Assembly: GCA_965262725.1 (NCBI GenBank)
Contig: OZ253555.1
Location: forward strand, 832,001-896,000
Length of the DNA: 64,000 nucleotides
DNA from: Dehalococcoidia bacterium
GTDB lineage: Bacteria > Chloroflexota > Dehalococcoidia > UBA2979
Reading direction: 5' to 3'
In this document: piece after piece, positions 1 to 10,367 of the stretch
How positions within the stretch are numbered: the first letter of the stretch is position 1
How the letters are laid out: every line of letters begins with the position of its first letter
The notes under the pieces: model-generated
What the model saw: the letters and a program-made list of their open reading frames with translations, nothing else
The model's database searches: none
What the model was told of the DNA's origin: nothing
Translations under genes and position numbers: made by a program

Positions 1-2
1 CG

Positions 3-1268
3 GGCGAGGGGGAGGGGGACGGTCGCGGCACCCCGCTCACCGCCGAGCAGCTGCAGGAGTTGCTCGAGAACTCGACCGAGATCCTGATCTCGGAGATGGC
101 CGATGGGGATCTCGCCTCCACCGTGAGCCTCTTCCTCACCAATCTCGAGCGGGAGACCAGCCTCCCCTCGGGCGGACGGGAGTCGCCGGTGCGCGAGCGT
201 GGAGGCGACTCCTCCGGCGAGGACGAGGAGCCGCCGCCGGAGGAGCCCACCGCCCCTGCGATCGAGTACTTCCAGTACGACGAGTGGGACTTCCGGGCCG
301 GCGACTATCGCCCGCGCTGGTGCACCGTGGTGCAGCGTCCCTACGAGGAGGGCGAGATCGACTTCTACGAGGAGACGCTGATTCGTCACCACGGTCTGGT
401 CACGGAGACGCGCCGGCAGTTCGAGCTCATGCGGCCCGAGTCCTTCCGCAAGATCAAGCGGCTCGAGGACGGCGAGGAGATCGACCTCGACCAGGCGATC
501 GAGTTCCTCGTCGACAAGCGGGCCGGCGCCGGCCCGCTCGCCCGCTTCTACTACCGGCGCAACAAGGTCGAGCGGGATGTCGCGGTCTCGTTCCTGCTCG
601 ACATGTCGGCGTCGACGGACGAGGAGATCGACAAGCAACGGAAGAAGTACGACGAGGAGGACGACTTCGACGGCGATCCCGCGAAGTACTTCCAGTGGCT
701 GGCGCAGCGCCGATCGCTCCGCGCCGCCGACCCGCCGAAGCGGATCGTCGACCTCGAGAAGGAGTCGGCGGTCCTGCTGGTGGAGGCGCTAGAGGCTATA
801 GGCGACTCATACGGCATCTACGGCTTCTCCGGCTACGGGCGCGAGAACGTCGAGTTCTACGTGGTGAAGGATCTCGACGAGCCGTTCAGCGACCGGGTCC
901 GCCGCCGCATCGCAAAGATCGAGCCCGTCCGCTCCACGCGCATGGGACCGGCGATCCGCCACGCCACGTACAAGCTCACGCTCCACGAGGCGAAGGTGCG
1001 CATCCTCGTCCTAGTCTCGGACGGGCGTCCCCAGGATCATGGCTACGGCCGCGATCGCACCGAGAAGGAGTACGCCGTCCACGACACCAAGCAGGCCCTG
1101 CTGGAGGCCCGTCGCGCCGGCATCACGCCGTTCCTGATCACGGTCGACAAGGACGGGCACGACTACCTGAAGCAGATGTGCGACGACATCGGTTACGAGG
1201 TCGTCACCGACATCGAGCAGCTCCCGCGTCGTCTCACGACGCTCTACCGGGTCCTCGCCGGCGACTGA
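3..1268 (+). CDS. NorD/CbbO-type von Willebrand factor A protein (AAA+ chaperone adaptor), 5' truncated by the window edge
   Basis: Frame is open from position 3. Shows YDEWD-x5-YRPRWC, the 'DGEEIDLD' segment, MIDAS DxSxS (LDMSAST), STRMGPAIRHA and SDGRP, all typical of NorD/CbbO C-termini. Confidence 0.85.
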   Translation, partial: GEGEGDGRGTPLTAEQLQELLENSTEILISEMADGDLASTVSLFLTNLERETSLPSGGRESPVRERGGDSSGEDEEPPPEEPTAPAIEYFQYDEWDFRAGDYRPRWCTVVQRPYEEGEIDFYEETLIRHHGLVTETRRQFELMRPESFRKIKRLEDGEEIDLDQAIEFLVDKRAGAGPLARFYYRRNKVERDVAVSFLLDMSASTDEEIDKQRKKYDEEDDFDGDPAKYFQWLAQRRSLRAADPPKRIVDLEKESAVLLVEALEAIGDSYGIYGFSGYGRENVEFYVVKDLDEPFSDRVRRRIAKIEPVRSTRMGPAIRHATYKLTLHEAKVRILVLVSDGRPQDHGYGRDRTEKEYAVHDTKQALLEARRAGITPFLITVDKDGHDYLKQMCDDIGYEVVTDIEQLPRRLTTLYRVLAGD

Positions 1269-1292
1269 GCCGCCTGGACCGCGCCGCCCGGG

Positions 1293-2315
1293 TCAGCGCG
1301 CGTCGCCGCCCTCGGCGGACGCGAAGCGCCAGGGCCCGTCATCCTCCTCCTCGCGCCGGACCACGCCCTCCTGCACGCCGACATCGAGATGGCCGATCAC
1401 CTCCGTCATCGCCTGGCCGACGCGCTCCTCCGGGAGGCGCGGGAAGAGCCTGCGCGCGAGCTCGTAGGCGGTGGCGGGCCCGCGCGTCAGGGCGGTTCCG
1501 AGCTGGCGCTGCCGGCGGTGGCAGTGGGCGAGGAACCTTCGGGCCTCCGCGGCGGGGTCGAGCGGCCCGTCGTCGGTCCTGTGGTCGTGGGCTGGGAGGA
1601 GCCGCGTCAGCGGGAGGCTTCCGACCCACTCGACGGAGCGGATATACGGGGGGAGCGACGGCCAGCGCGGCGTTCCCGTGCTCGAGTGGAAGTGCAGCCC
1701 GGCCGAGGGGATGCGGCCTGGGAGCAGCGTGTCACCGCCGTAGAACTCCCCCGTCTCCTCCACGATCGCGCCGAGGTTGCCCGGGGTGTGGCCGGCGGCG
1801 GCGACGATGCGCAGCGAGCTCTCCCCCTTCGGCCCCTCGATCGGGAAGACGTGGTCGCCGACGGTGGGAGCGACCGAGCCCCACGGCGCGCCCTTCCAGC
1901 GTAGCGTGGTCGAGCGTTCGCGCCGGATCTCCTCGAGGCGCGCGATGCTTGAGGGCGGGCAGCCGTGGCGGCGCAACTCCTCGCGTCCGCGGCGCGCCTG
2001 GTGCTCGCGCCAGCCGTCGCCCGAGGTCAGGGCGGTCATGTCGGGGGCAAGGGCGAAGATGCGCGCGCCCGCCTCCGCCCAGCGGTGCGCGAGTCCGGCG
2101 TGGTCGGCGTGGCCGTGGGTGACGATCACCGCGCGCACCTGCTCCGGCGCGAAGCCGAGCGCGTACCCTTGCCCGGCGGCCTCCTCCCAGGCGCCCTCGT
2201 AGTCGGGCCCCGCGTCCAGCAGCAGTCGCCCCCCGCCGACCCGATCGGCGACGCGGAAGGAGTAGATGCGGTTCGAGCGCAGCGAGATCACGTCCGCGGT
2301 GGTCGGGGCTGGCAT
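1293..2315 (-). CDS. MBL-fold metallo-hydrolase with C-terminal winged-helix-like tail
   Basis: THGHADH, GHTPG, GDTLL and PAH motifs; GAGGAG RBS upstream of ATG. Confidence 0.85.
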   Translation of the reverse strand: MPAPTTADVISLRSNRIYSFRVADRVGGGRLLLDAGPDYEGAWEEAAGQGYALGFAPEQVRAVIVTHGHADHAGLAHRWAEAGARIFALAPDMTALTSGDGWREHQARRGREELRRHGCPPSSIARLEEIRRERSTTLRWKGAPWGSVAPTVGDHVFPIEGPKGESSLRIVAAAGHTPGNLGAIVEETGEFYGGDTLLPGRIPSAGLHFHSSTGTPRWPSLPPYIRSVEWVGSLPLTRLLPAHDHRTDDGPLDPAAEARRFLAHCHRRQRQLGTALTRGPATAYELARRLFPRLPEERVGQAMTEVIGHLDVGVQEGVVRREEEDDGPWRFASAEGGDAR

Positions 2316-2399
2316 CGACGGCTCCTCGCTCGCTGGCCGCCCGGTCGAGATGCCGCCGGGCCCGCGGCGTCCCGATAGTAGCGGCTCCCGTGCCGCGGC

Positions 2400-3668
2400 C
2401 TACGCCCGGCGCTCGCCGCTCGTCCGGGGGTCGACGCCTGAGCTCAGTCCTAGCAGGTGACGCCTCAGCATCGAAAGTACCTGCTGCTGCACCCGTCGCT
2501 TCGTCGCCACGCGGCCCTGGTAGTAGCGCCAGTACGCGTACTCGACGGCGGCGTCGTGCGCGAGCGCGATGTGCATCGTCCCCGGCGGCTGCCCCTCGAC
2601 GGGGCTGCCCCCGGCGATGCCGGTGATGCCCACGCCGATGTCGGCCTGAAGCGTCCGGCGGACCGTCGCCGCCATCGCCTCGGCCGTCTCACGCGAGATC
2701 ACCCCGTGGCGCTCCACGACCTCGGCCGGGACCCCCATCTGGACCTTCGCGCCGGTGGCGTAGGTCACCAGTCCCCCGCGGAAGTAGTCGGACGAGCCGT
2801 CGACGTCGGTGATGGCGTCGGAGACCGCCCCGCCCGTCGCCGACTCCATCACCGCGAGCGTGAGGTCCCGGTCCCGGAGCAGCCGGCCGACGGCGGCCGA
2901 GAGCGACTCGTCGTCGACGCCCCAGACGTAGGGGCCGAGCAGCCGCCTGGCCTCGGCCTCCACCGGCGCGATGAGCGCCTCCGCCTCATCGCGCGTCGAC
3001 GCCTTCGCGGCGAGGCGGGCATGGACGCCGTCGTGGCGGTGGTAGACGCCGATCGAGGGGTTCGCGGATGCGAGCAGCGGCGAGAGCAGCTCGTCGACGG
3101 CGGACTCGCCGAGCTCGGTGGTCTTCAGCGTGCGGCTGACCAGCACCGCGCTCGACCGTCGGTCGAGCGCGGGTGCGACCTCGTGCTCCCACATGCGCGT
3201 CATCTCGGCCGGCGGCCCGGGCATGACCACCATTGCGCGGCCGTCGCGCTCCACCCACCACCCGGGCGCTGTGCCGCGGGGGTTCGGGATCGCACGCGCG
3301 GAGGGTATGAGGTGCGCCTGCTTGAGGTTGCGCGCGGGCATCGGCCGGTCCCGGCCGCGCCAGAAGGATCCCAGGATGCGCTCCTGCTCGGGATCGGCAC
3401 GAAGCGTCTCGCCGAGGACGGAGGCCACCGTCTCCCTGGTGATGTCGTCCTCGGTGGGGCCGAGACCGCCGGTCGTGAAGACGATGTCGGAGCGCCCCCA
3501 CGCGCGCGCGAGCACGTCCCCGAGCCGCTCCACGTTATCGCCGACCTGCGTGACGTAGTTGAGATCGATCCCGAGGGCGGGAAGCCGGCCGGCGATGAAG
3601 GCGGCGTTGGTATCTGTGATCTCGCCGAGCAGGATCTCGGTGCCGATCGAGACGATCTCGGCGCGCAC
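2400..3668 (-). CDS. cinA: CinA family competence/damage-inducible protein (NMN deamidase domain)
   Basis: AEIVSIGTEILLGEITDTN, TGGLGPTEDD, GTAPG and C-terminal ESATGG/TGIAG motifs. Start placed at GTG 3668. Confidence 0.92.
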   Translation of the reverse strand: MRAEIVSIGTEILLGEITDTNAAFIAGRLPALGIDLNYVTQVGDNVERLGDVLARAWGRSDIVFTTGGLGPTEDDITRETVASVLGETLRADPEQERILGSFWRGRDRPMPARNLKQAHLIPSARAIPNPRGTAPGWWVERDGRAMVVMPGPPAEMTRMWEHEVAPALDRRSSAVLVSRTLKTTELGESAVDELLSPLLASANPSIGVYHRHDGVHARLAAKASTRDEAEALIAPVEAEARRLLGPYVWGVDDESLSAAVGRLLRDRDLTLAVMESATGGAVSDAITDVDGSSDYFRGGLVTYATGAKVQMGVPAEVVERHGVISRETAEAMAATVRRTLQADIGVGITGIAGGSPVEGQPPGTMHIALAHDAAVEYAYWRYYQGRVATKRRVQQQVLSMLRRHLLGLSSGVDPRTSGERRA

Positions 3669-3724
3669 GCGGCCCCCGTCGGTCCTACCGGCGCCGCCCG
3701 CTCCCGGCGGGCGTGCGGGGGCCA

Positions 3725-4228
3725 TTATGCGGGGCGAGCATGCTCCTGCGGGCGCGCGGGACCTGCGCCGGGAGGAAGCGCCGCCCGCAACGCTCGGATG
3801 GCCGTGCGCTCCTGCTCGATTCGATCGGCGAGCAGGTCGTTGGCGCTCATCGCCTCGCTCCCCTCCACCTCGATCGGCCGATCGAGCAGGCGGGCGTGGG
3901 CTCGGAGCGCCGTCTCCGCCTCGGCGTGCGTCTCCTCAAGCAGCCTCTGAAGACCCTCCCGCCGGAGCATGTGCGCGCCGTACATGATCTCGCCGCGCAG
4001 CCGCCTGAGATGAAAGCGCGCAGCCGCCTGAGGCTCCGCCGCGAACGAGCCGAGCACGTGGGCGAGCACGCGATCGGCCGCCGCCACCGCGCCCAGCGCG
4101 TGCCGGAGCGTCCACCCCTCGCGGCCGACGGGGCGGTTCAGCCGCGTCTCCGTGATCGCGCCGAGCAGCGAGAGTAGCTCGCCGCGATCGGCCGCCTCCG
4201 TGATCTGCTCCCCGGCTCGCCCGTCCAT
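3725..4228 (-). CDS. Hypothetical helical protein, DinB/MDMPI-like N-terminus
   Basis: GWTLRHALGAV resembles the DinB/MDMPI 'WT.RD.LAH' motif but lacks the His. TAGCGT -10 box lies 7 nt before ATG. Confidence 0.5.
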   Translation of the reverse strand: MDGRAGEQITEAADRGELLSLLGAITETRLNRPVGREGWTLRHALGAVAAADRVLAHVLGSFAAEPQAAARFHLRRLRGEIMYGAHMLRREGLQRLLEETHAEAETALRAHARLLDRPIEVEGSEAMSANDLLADRIEQERTAIRALRAALPPGAGPARPQEHARPA

Positions 4229-4353
4229 GCGGGCGACGCTAGCTGCCGTGTGGTCGCCCGGCAAGCCCGCGCCGGGCGGGCCCGCACGGGCGATGGCGGT
4301 GCGCTATCCTCCAGCCGGTCCCACTCCGCGGGAACGAACGCCGTGAGGGTGCC

Positions 4354-5400
4354 GTGCAGGAACCGACCGCCGCCAGGAGCCGAGGGTCGGCCCCGATCTC
4401 GCCCGCCGCTGGAGCCGCCGGGGCGGGGGGGGCCGCCGCCGCCGCCGCGATCGCCCGCACCGCCGACATCGTTCGACAGAACGTCGGGCGCGTCGTCGTC
4501 GGAGCGGAGGAGACCCTCTCCCTTGTGATGGTGGCGCTCCTCACAGGTGGCCACGTCCTGATCGAGGACGTGCCGGGGACCGGGAAGACGACGCTCGCGC
4601 GCGCCGTGGCGCGGTCGCTCGGGGCGAGCTTCAGTCGCATCCAGTTCACGCCGGACCTGATGCCCTCCGACATCGTCGGCATCAACTACTACTCGCAGAA
4701 AAGCGGCGATTTCGAGTACCGACCCGGGCCGCTGCACGCGAACGTGGTCCTCGCCGACGAGATCAACCGTGCGACGCCGCGGACGCAATCGGCCCTGCTC
4801 GAGGCGATGCAGGAGCACACGGTGACGGTCGACGGCGACACACGTGCGCTGCCGCAGCCCTTCGTGGTGATGGCCACGCAGAATCCGGTGGAGCTCGAGG
4901 GCACCTTCCCGCTGCCCGAGGCGCAGCTCGATCGCTTCCTACTCCGGCTGCGCATCGGCTACCCCGACGACGACGGTGAGCTCGAGATACTTCGTCGCTT
5001 CCGCGAGCGCTCGCCGCTCGACACGCTCTCCCCCGTGCTCAAGGCGGAGGAGCTCCGTGCGCTCTCTCAGCGGCTGCCTCTGATCCACGTCGAAGACGAT
5101 GTCGCGCGCTACATCACCCGGATCTGTCGCGCCACGCGCGAGCACGAGGCATTCGAGCTCGGCGCCAGCCCGCGCGCCTCGCTCGCGCTGTTCGAGGCCG
5201 CTCGCGCCCGCGCCGCGATCGCGGGTCGCGACTTCGTGAGGCCGGACGACGTCAAGGCACTGGTGCACCCGGTCCTGGCCCACCGCGTCCTGCTCTCCTC
5301 GCAGACGCGGCTGCGGGGGGGATCCGTCGACGACGTCCTCGATGACATCCTGCGCGAACTGCCAGTGCCCGTCGTGGACGCGGAAGCGGGTCGAGGCTAG
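4354..5400 (+). CDS. moxR: MoxR family AAA+ ATPase
   Basis: EDVPGTGKT, RIQFTPDLMPSD, LADEINRA and ATQNPVELEGTFPLPEAQLDRF. Confidence 0.95.
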   Translation: MQEPTAARSRGSAPISPAAGAAGAGGAAAAAAIARTADIVRQNVGRVVVGAEETLSLVMVALLTGGHVLIEDVPGTGKTTLARAVARSLGASFSRIQFTPDLMPSDIVGINYYSQKSGDFEYRPGPLHANVVLADEINRATPRTQSALLEAMQEHTVTVDGDTRALPQPFVVMATQNPVELEGTFPLPEAQLDRFLLRLRIGYPDDDGELEILRRFRERSPLDTLSPVLKAEELRALSQRLPLIHVEDDVARYITRICRATREHEAFELGASPRASLALFEAARARAAIAGRDFVRPDDVKALVHPVLAHRVLLSSQTRLRGGSVDDVLDDILRELPVPVVDAEAGRG

Positions 5401-5405
5401 GGCGC

Positions 5406-6776
5406 GTGCGCGCCCTCGTCACCGAGGCGTGGCTGGTCGCCTCGGGCGGCCTCGTCCTGATCGGACTCCTGGCGCAGGCCGACGCGATCGTCGTGCTCGG
5501 CGTCCTCCTGCTCGCGTCGGGCGGGCTCTCCCGGCTGTGGTCGCGGCTCGCGCTGGAAGAGCTCTACTACGAGCGGCGGCTCGAGCACACGCGCATCTTC
5601 GTCGGCGAGAGCACGCAGCTCCGCCTCTCGCTCGCCAACCGCAAGCTCCTCCCCGTCCCGTGGCTTGAGGTGCAGGAGCGCTTCGCGACGCCGATGGAGG
5701 TCCTGGGCGGTGCCGTGCACCCCTCCGGCGTCCCGCGGACGGTCGTCCTCTACCGGAACACCTCGCTGGCGCCGAACGAGGAGATCTCGTGGCCGCTCAC
5801 GCTACGCGCCGTGGAGCGCGGCTACTACCGGATCGGCGCCACCAGGCTGCGCTCCGGCGACCTCTTCGGCTTCTTCGATCGCGAGCGCGAGGTCGGGGGC
5901 CGCAGCGCGCTCGTCGTCTATCCGCAGACGGTCCCGCTGCCCCAGCTCACCCTGGTGCACGCCCGCCCGTTCGGGGAGCAGCGCGGCGGACACCCCGTCT
6001 TCGAGGATCCCGAGCGGGTGGTCGGGCTCCGCGACTACCTCCCCGGCGACCCGCTGAAGCGGGTCGACTGGAAGGCGACGGCGCGCGCTGCCCGGCTCGT
6101 CTCCCGGGTCTACGAACCGTCGCGCACGCGGGCGGTGGTGGTCGCGCTCAACATCACCACCCTCCCGGGGAACACCTTCGGCTCGAACCTGCGGCTGCTC
6201 GAGCGCGGCGTCGCCGTCGCGGCGTCGGTGGCCGTGGCCGCGTTCGCGGAGCGCTCGGCGCTGGGCCTCGTCGCCAACGGCTCCTTTCAGGACGCCGACC
6301 GTCCGATCCGGATCGGGGCCGGTCGCTCGCCCGAGCAGCTGAACCGCGTGCTCGAGGCGCTGGCGATGATCTCGGGCTTCACCACGTCGCGGCTCGCCGA
6401 CGAGTTGACCGGACGCGCGCGGGCCCTCCCGGCCGGCGCCACCGTCGTCGTCGTGAGCGCCGTGCTCGACGAGGCGCTCGCCGCGGCGCTGAGGCGACTG
6501 CGGGGAGAGGGGCACGACGTGCTCGTCCTCAAGGTGGCGCCGGGTGAGTGGGAGCACCGTGCGGAGCTCGGACCGATCCGGGTGATCTCCCTCGACCAGC
6601 ACCTCCAGGAGCTGGAGGACAGCGGTGAGATGCGCGTCCCGGAGACCTTGGCGAACTCATTGCCCCTCCCCCCGCCGCCCGGCGGCGAGGGAGGCACCCT
6701 CCCTGATCCGCGTCCCGCCGCGCGGGTCCGGCCGGATCCGGTCAGCACCGTGCGGGACCGGGGGCCGAGGCGGTGA
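5406..6776 (+). CDS. DUF58 domain protein (MoxR partner)
   Basis: LRDYLPGDPLKRVDWKATAR signature, N-terminal TM helices, directly follows moxR. Confidence 0.9.
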   Translation: MRALVTEAWLVASGGLVLIGLLAQADAIVVLGVLLLASGGLSRLWSRLALEELYYERRLEHTRIFVGESTQLRLSLANRKLLPVPWLEVQERFATPMEVLGGAVHPSGVPRTVVLYRNTSLAPNEEISWPLTLRAVERGYYRIGATRLRSGDLFGFFDREREVGGRSALVVYPQTVPLPQLTLVHARPFGEQRGGHPVFEDPERVVGLRDYLPGDPLKRVDWKATARAARLVSRVYEPSRTRAVVVALNITTLPGNTFGSNLRLLERGVAVAASVAVAAFAERSALGLVANGSFQDADRPIRIGAGRSPEQLNRVLEALAMISGFTTSRLADELTGRARALPAGATVVVVSAVLDEALAAALRRLRGEGHDVLVLKVAPGEWEHRAELGPIRVISLDQHLQELEDSGEMRVPETLANSLPLPPPPGGEGGTLPDPRPAARVRPDPVSTVRDRGPRR

Positions 6777-8521
6777 GCGGCGAGCGGAGTGTCGGCAGCC
6801 GCGCGGCGTCGATGGGCGCGGCGGTCACGGCGTGGGGGACCCCGCGCTGGCAGCGAACCGCCGCGACCACGCTCTTCCTGCTCACCGAGGCGCTCGCGTG
6901 GTTCGTCGTGCTGCGCGTCCTCGCCACGGCGGTCGAGCGCGCCGCCTACACCGGCCTCGCGGCGGATCTCGAGCTCATGCTGCTGCGCGGCCTTCCGATC
7001 GACCGCGAGGCCACCCTGCGGGCGGCGTCGCTCTTGCGCGACGCGACCGCGAACGTCTCCGCCGGCCCGGCGTGGTGGATCGTCGTGGCGGGGGCTGGCT
7101 CCGCCTTTCTGCTCGCTCACTACGTGACGCGGATCGGCCTGCCGGGCGGGCTCGCGGCCGTGGTCGGCGTCCTCGCCTCGATCCTAGGCCTCAACGCGCT
7201 GGCGCACATCGCGATCGCCGGGGACCTGCAGGTGTGGAGCGGGGCGACGATCTCGCAGTTCCCGTTCGAGGGCGCCCCGGTCGCGGAAGACTATCTCGCC
7301 GACGTGGATCCGGCCCGCGCCGCCGGCGGAGCGCACAGCATGATCGTGCTCGGGATGGTGCTGCTGTGGCTGCGATTCCTCTGGCTCGGACGGTCGCCGG
7401 TTACGTTCGAGAGGGTGATCTGGTCGTTCACGACCGGCTTCATGGCGGTGCTGATCGCGGCGCTGGTCGCAACCGGGCGCGGATCGGCCGGTCCGGGACT
7501 GCTTGCGGTTCTCTACTTCGTGATGGGGATGCTCACGCTCGCGATCTCGAACGCGGCGAGGGCGTCCGCGCAGACGCGGGGGATGGAGCGAAGCGGCCCC
7601 TGGGCCGCCTCGGTCGTCGCCACGGTGGCGCTCCTCGGCATCACGGGGCTCGTCTTCGGCATTCTGACCATCCTCGACGTCGAACGTGTGATCTCGCCGC
7701 TCGGCGGTCTGCTACCCCGCTTCATCTCGTGGCTGCTAGTCTTGATCCTGACGCCGATCTTCTGGCTGCTCGGCATCCTGCTCTCGCCGCTCGCGGGCCT
7801 CCTGAGCGGCATCGACCTGCGCTTCGACGAGGTGTTCCAGGCGATCGGGCGGGCGCTCTTCGTCGATCCGGAGACGCGGGACGAGCTCTCGGACAACCGC
7901 CCGCCGGCGTGGCTGCGCGAGGGCGCGAGGCTGCTCGCCGCAGCGGCCATCATCGCCGGCCTCTACTTCGGCGGGAGGCTCCTGTTCCGCCGCGTCCGGA
8001 AGTCACGGCGGCGTGAGGCGGGCTACGACGAGCTGCGCTCGACGTCCGAGGGGGCGGGGGTCGGGCTCGGCGCCCTCTTGCGCTCGGTCCTGCCGCGCTC
8101 CCGCGCCGACGGCGGGTCGGCGGGCTGGCTGCGCGGGGAGGCCATCTATCGCCTCTACGCCCGCTTCGCCGCCGCCGCGCGGGAGCGCGGGTTCCCGAGA
8201 CGCGCCGGCGAGACGCCCCTGGAGTACGCCGAGGCCGCGAGCCGGGTCTTCGCCACGTCGCACTTCCGGGACGTCGCCCTGTTCTTCGACGGCGCCCGCT
8301 ACGGTCGCCACTACCCCGAGGCGGCGCGCGTCGCGGCGCTCGACGCCGAGCTCGAGCGTTGGGAGGTCGCAAACCCGGCCACCGACGAACTGCGCAGCCG
8401 CGTCGGGCGCAAGGGCCTGGCGGGGCCGGAACTCGACTCACGCGGCCGCGAGCACGCGGTCGCTCCCACCTTCGAAGAGCCGGCCCTCCCGGCGGGGACG
8501 GACTTCCCGGAGCGCATCTAA
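6773..8521 (+). CDS. Multi-pass membrane protein with C-terminal DUF4129-like domain
   Basis: Many TM segments; C-terminal 'RGFPRRAGETPLEYA...FDGARYG'; third gene of the MoxR module. Confidence 0.8.
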   Translation: MSGERSVGSRAASMGAAVTAWGTPRWQRTAATTLFLLTEALAWFVVLRVLATAVERAAYTGLAADLELMLLRGLPIDREATLRAASLLRDATANVSAGPAWWIVVAGAGSAFLLAHYVTRIGLPGGLAAVVGVLASILGLNALAHIAIAGDLQVWSGATISQFPFEGAPVAEDYLADVDPARAAGGAHSMIVLGMVLLWLRFLWLGRSPVTFERVIWSFTTGFMAVLIAALVATGRGSAGPGLLAVLYFVMGMLTLAISNAARASAQTRGMERSGPWAASVVATVALLGITGLVFGILTILDVERVISPLGGLLPRFISWLLVLILTPIFWLLGILLSPLAGLLSGIDLRFDEVFQAIGRALFVDPETRDELSDNRPPAWLREGARLLAAAAIIAGLYFGGRLLFRRVRKSRRREAGYDELRSTSEGAGVGLGALLRSVLPRSRADGGSAGWLRGEAIYRLYARFAAAARERGFPRRAGETPLEYAEAASRVFATSHFRDVALFFDGARYGRHYPEAARVAALDAELERWEVANPATDELRSRVGRKGLAGPELDSRGREHAVAPTFEEPALPAGTDFPERI

Positions 8522-8599
8522 GAGAACTCCCCGCGTCCCGGCGCGGCCGGGGTGCTACGCTGGGACCGAGCGGCGGGGAGGAGCGACCGCGGGGTTGTC

Positions 8600-9463
8600 A
8601 TGACCACCACCGTCGGCATCCTCGACTCCGGTGTCGGGGGTCTGACCGTTGCCGCCGCGCTACATCGTTTGCTCCCCGCTCTTCCCATCTGCTACGTCGC
8701 CGACACCGCCGCCTTCCCCTACGGCGACCGTTCCGAACCCGGCGTCACGGAGCGCGTGCTCGCCATCGGCGGATGGCTGGTCGACGAGGGGTGTGGGCTC
8801 CTCGTCGTTGCGTGCAACACGGCCTCTTCCGCGGCGCTCGAGGCGCTGCGCGTGCGCGTCGCCGTTCCGGTCGTCGGGATGGAGCCGCCGCTCAAACCCG
8901 CCGTGGAGGCGAGCGCGACGGGGCGCGTGGCGGTGCTCGCGACGCCCGTCACGGCGCGCGGCGCGCGCCTGGCGCGGCTCGAGCGCGTCCACGGGGGCGG
9001 TGCGCGCGTCGAGACGGTGCCGATGCCCGGCCTCGCGGACCTCGTGGAGCGAGGCGTCGTGGATAGTGCCGAGGTCAGGCGCGTGCTGCGGTCCTCGCTC
9101 GCGGGGCCGCTCGCCCGCGGCGTCGACGTGATCGCGCTGGGCTGCACCCACTACGGGTTCCTGCGCCAGGCTCTCGGCCGCGTGCTCCCTCCCGGCGTGC
9201 GGGCGCTCGACGCGGCGGAGCCGGTGGCGCGCCGCTGCCGGGAGCTCCTCGCGGAGTCCGGCGGGTTGCCGGCCGAGGCGGCGGCCGAAGTGGCGGTAGA
9301 CTGCTCGGCGACGGGTGACGTGAGCGCGCTGGCGGCGGCTCTCGGCCGGCTGCTGGATTCAGGCGCCGAGCTGCCGCCGCTCGAGCTGAGGGAGGATCCC
9401 CTCCCGCTCCCGGTTGGCGACGGGGTCGGCCCGGGCCTCTCATCAGGATTGGGGACGCGATGA
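8600..9463 (+). CDS. murI: Glutamate racemase
   Basis: DSGVGGLTV, FPYG, ACNTAS and LGCTHY catalytic motifs. Confidence 0.95.
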   Translation: MTTTVGILDSGVGGLTVAAALHRLLPALPICYVADTAAFPYGDRSEPGVTERVLAIGGWLVDEGCGLLVVACNTASSAALEALRVRVAVPVVGMEPPLKPAVEASATGRVAVLATPVTARGARLARLERVHGGGARVETVPMPGLADLVERGVVDSAEVRRVLRSSLAGPLARGVDVIALGCTHYGFLRQALGRVLPPGVRALDAAEPVARRCRELLAESGGLPAEAAAEVAVDCSATGDVSALAAALGRLLDSGAELPPLELREDPLPLPVGDGVGPGLSSGLGTR

Positions 9464-10284
9464 GCTTCCGCGAGAAGTACGAGGCGGCCTCGAGTGCGCA
9501 CCGCTCGCTGCTGTGCATCGGGCTCGATCCCGACGAGTCCCGGCTGCCGGCGGGCGTTCCCGTCGCCCGCTATCTCCAGCACATCGTCGAGGCGACCGCC
9601 GACCTCGCCTGCTGCTTCAAGCCCAACGCGGCGTTCTTCGAGCCACGCGGCGCTGCAGGCTGGCGGGATCTGCGAGCGACCATCGACGCCGTGCCCCGTG
9701 GTGTGCCTGTGCTGCTCGACGCCAAGCGTGGTGATGTCGGATCCACGGCGGTCGCCTACTCCCGCGCCGTCTTCGAGGCGCTGGGTGCCGACGCCGTCAC
9801 CCTCAATCCGTGGGGCGGGAGCGACGCCGTCGAGCCGTTCCTCGCCTACGAGGACCGGCATTCGTTCATCTGGTGCCGTTCCTCCAATCCCGGGGGTGGC
9901 GAGCTGCAGGACGTCGAGCTCGCCGACGGGGGCCTGCTCTACGAGCGGGTGGCCTCGCTGGCGGTGGGCTGGAACACGCGGGGCAACGTCGGACTCGTCG
10001 CCGGCGCAACCTACCCCGAACAGGCGGCGCGCCTGCGTGAGCTCGCTCCGGAGCTGCTGCTGCTGATCCCGGGTGTCGGCGCCCAGCAGGGTGCGGTGGC
10101 CAAAGCTGTGCGCGCGGCTGCGGACGCGGGCGGCGGCGGGATCCTCGTGGCGGCGTCGAGAAGCGTGCTCTACGCGGGGGAGGCGGCCGGTGCGCGCGAC
10201 CTGGCCGGCTACGTCGAGGCCGCCCGGGCGGCGGCGACGACGCTCCGCGACGAGATCGAGGCCGCCCGCCCGGTCCACGCCTGA
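9460..10284 (+). CDS. pyrF: Orotidine-5'-phosphate decarboxylase (subfamily 2)
   Basis: LCIGLDP, FKPN, LDAKRGDVGST and PGVGAQ. Confidence 0.93.
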   Translation: MSFREKYEAASSAHRSLLCIGLDPDESRLPAGVPVARYLQHIVEATADLACCFKPNAAFFEPRGAAGWRDLRATIDAVPRGVPVLLDAKRGDVGSTAVAYSRAVFEALGADAVTLNPWGGSDAVEPFLAYEDRHSFIWCRSSNPGGGELQDVELADGGLLYERVASLAVGWNTRGNVGLVAGATYPEQAARLRELAPELLLLIPGVGAQQGAVAKAVRAAADAGGGGILVAASRSVLYAGEAAGARDLAGYVEAARAAATTLRDEIEAARPVHA

Positions 10285-10367
10285 GGCGGAGCACGCGCCG
10301 GCACCCTCCCTGATCCGGGGGGCGCTCCCCGTTGGCCGCCCGGGGAGTGTCGGTGGCGCGGCGCGCG

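Noticed and set aside
6693-10317. Exact 18-bp duplicate GGCACCCTCCCTGATCCG at 6693 and 10300
   Set aside because: At this GC content roughly one such match is expected by chance in 64 kb (rough estimate), and there is no mobile-element context.
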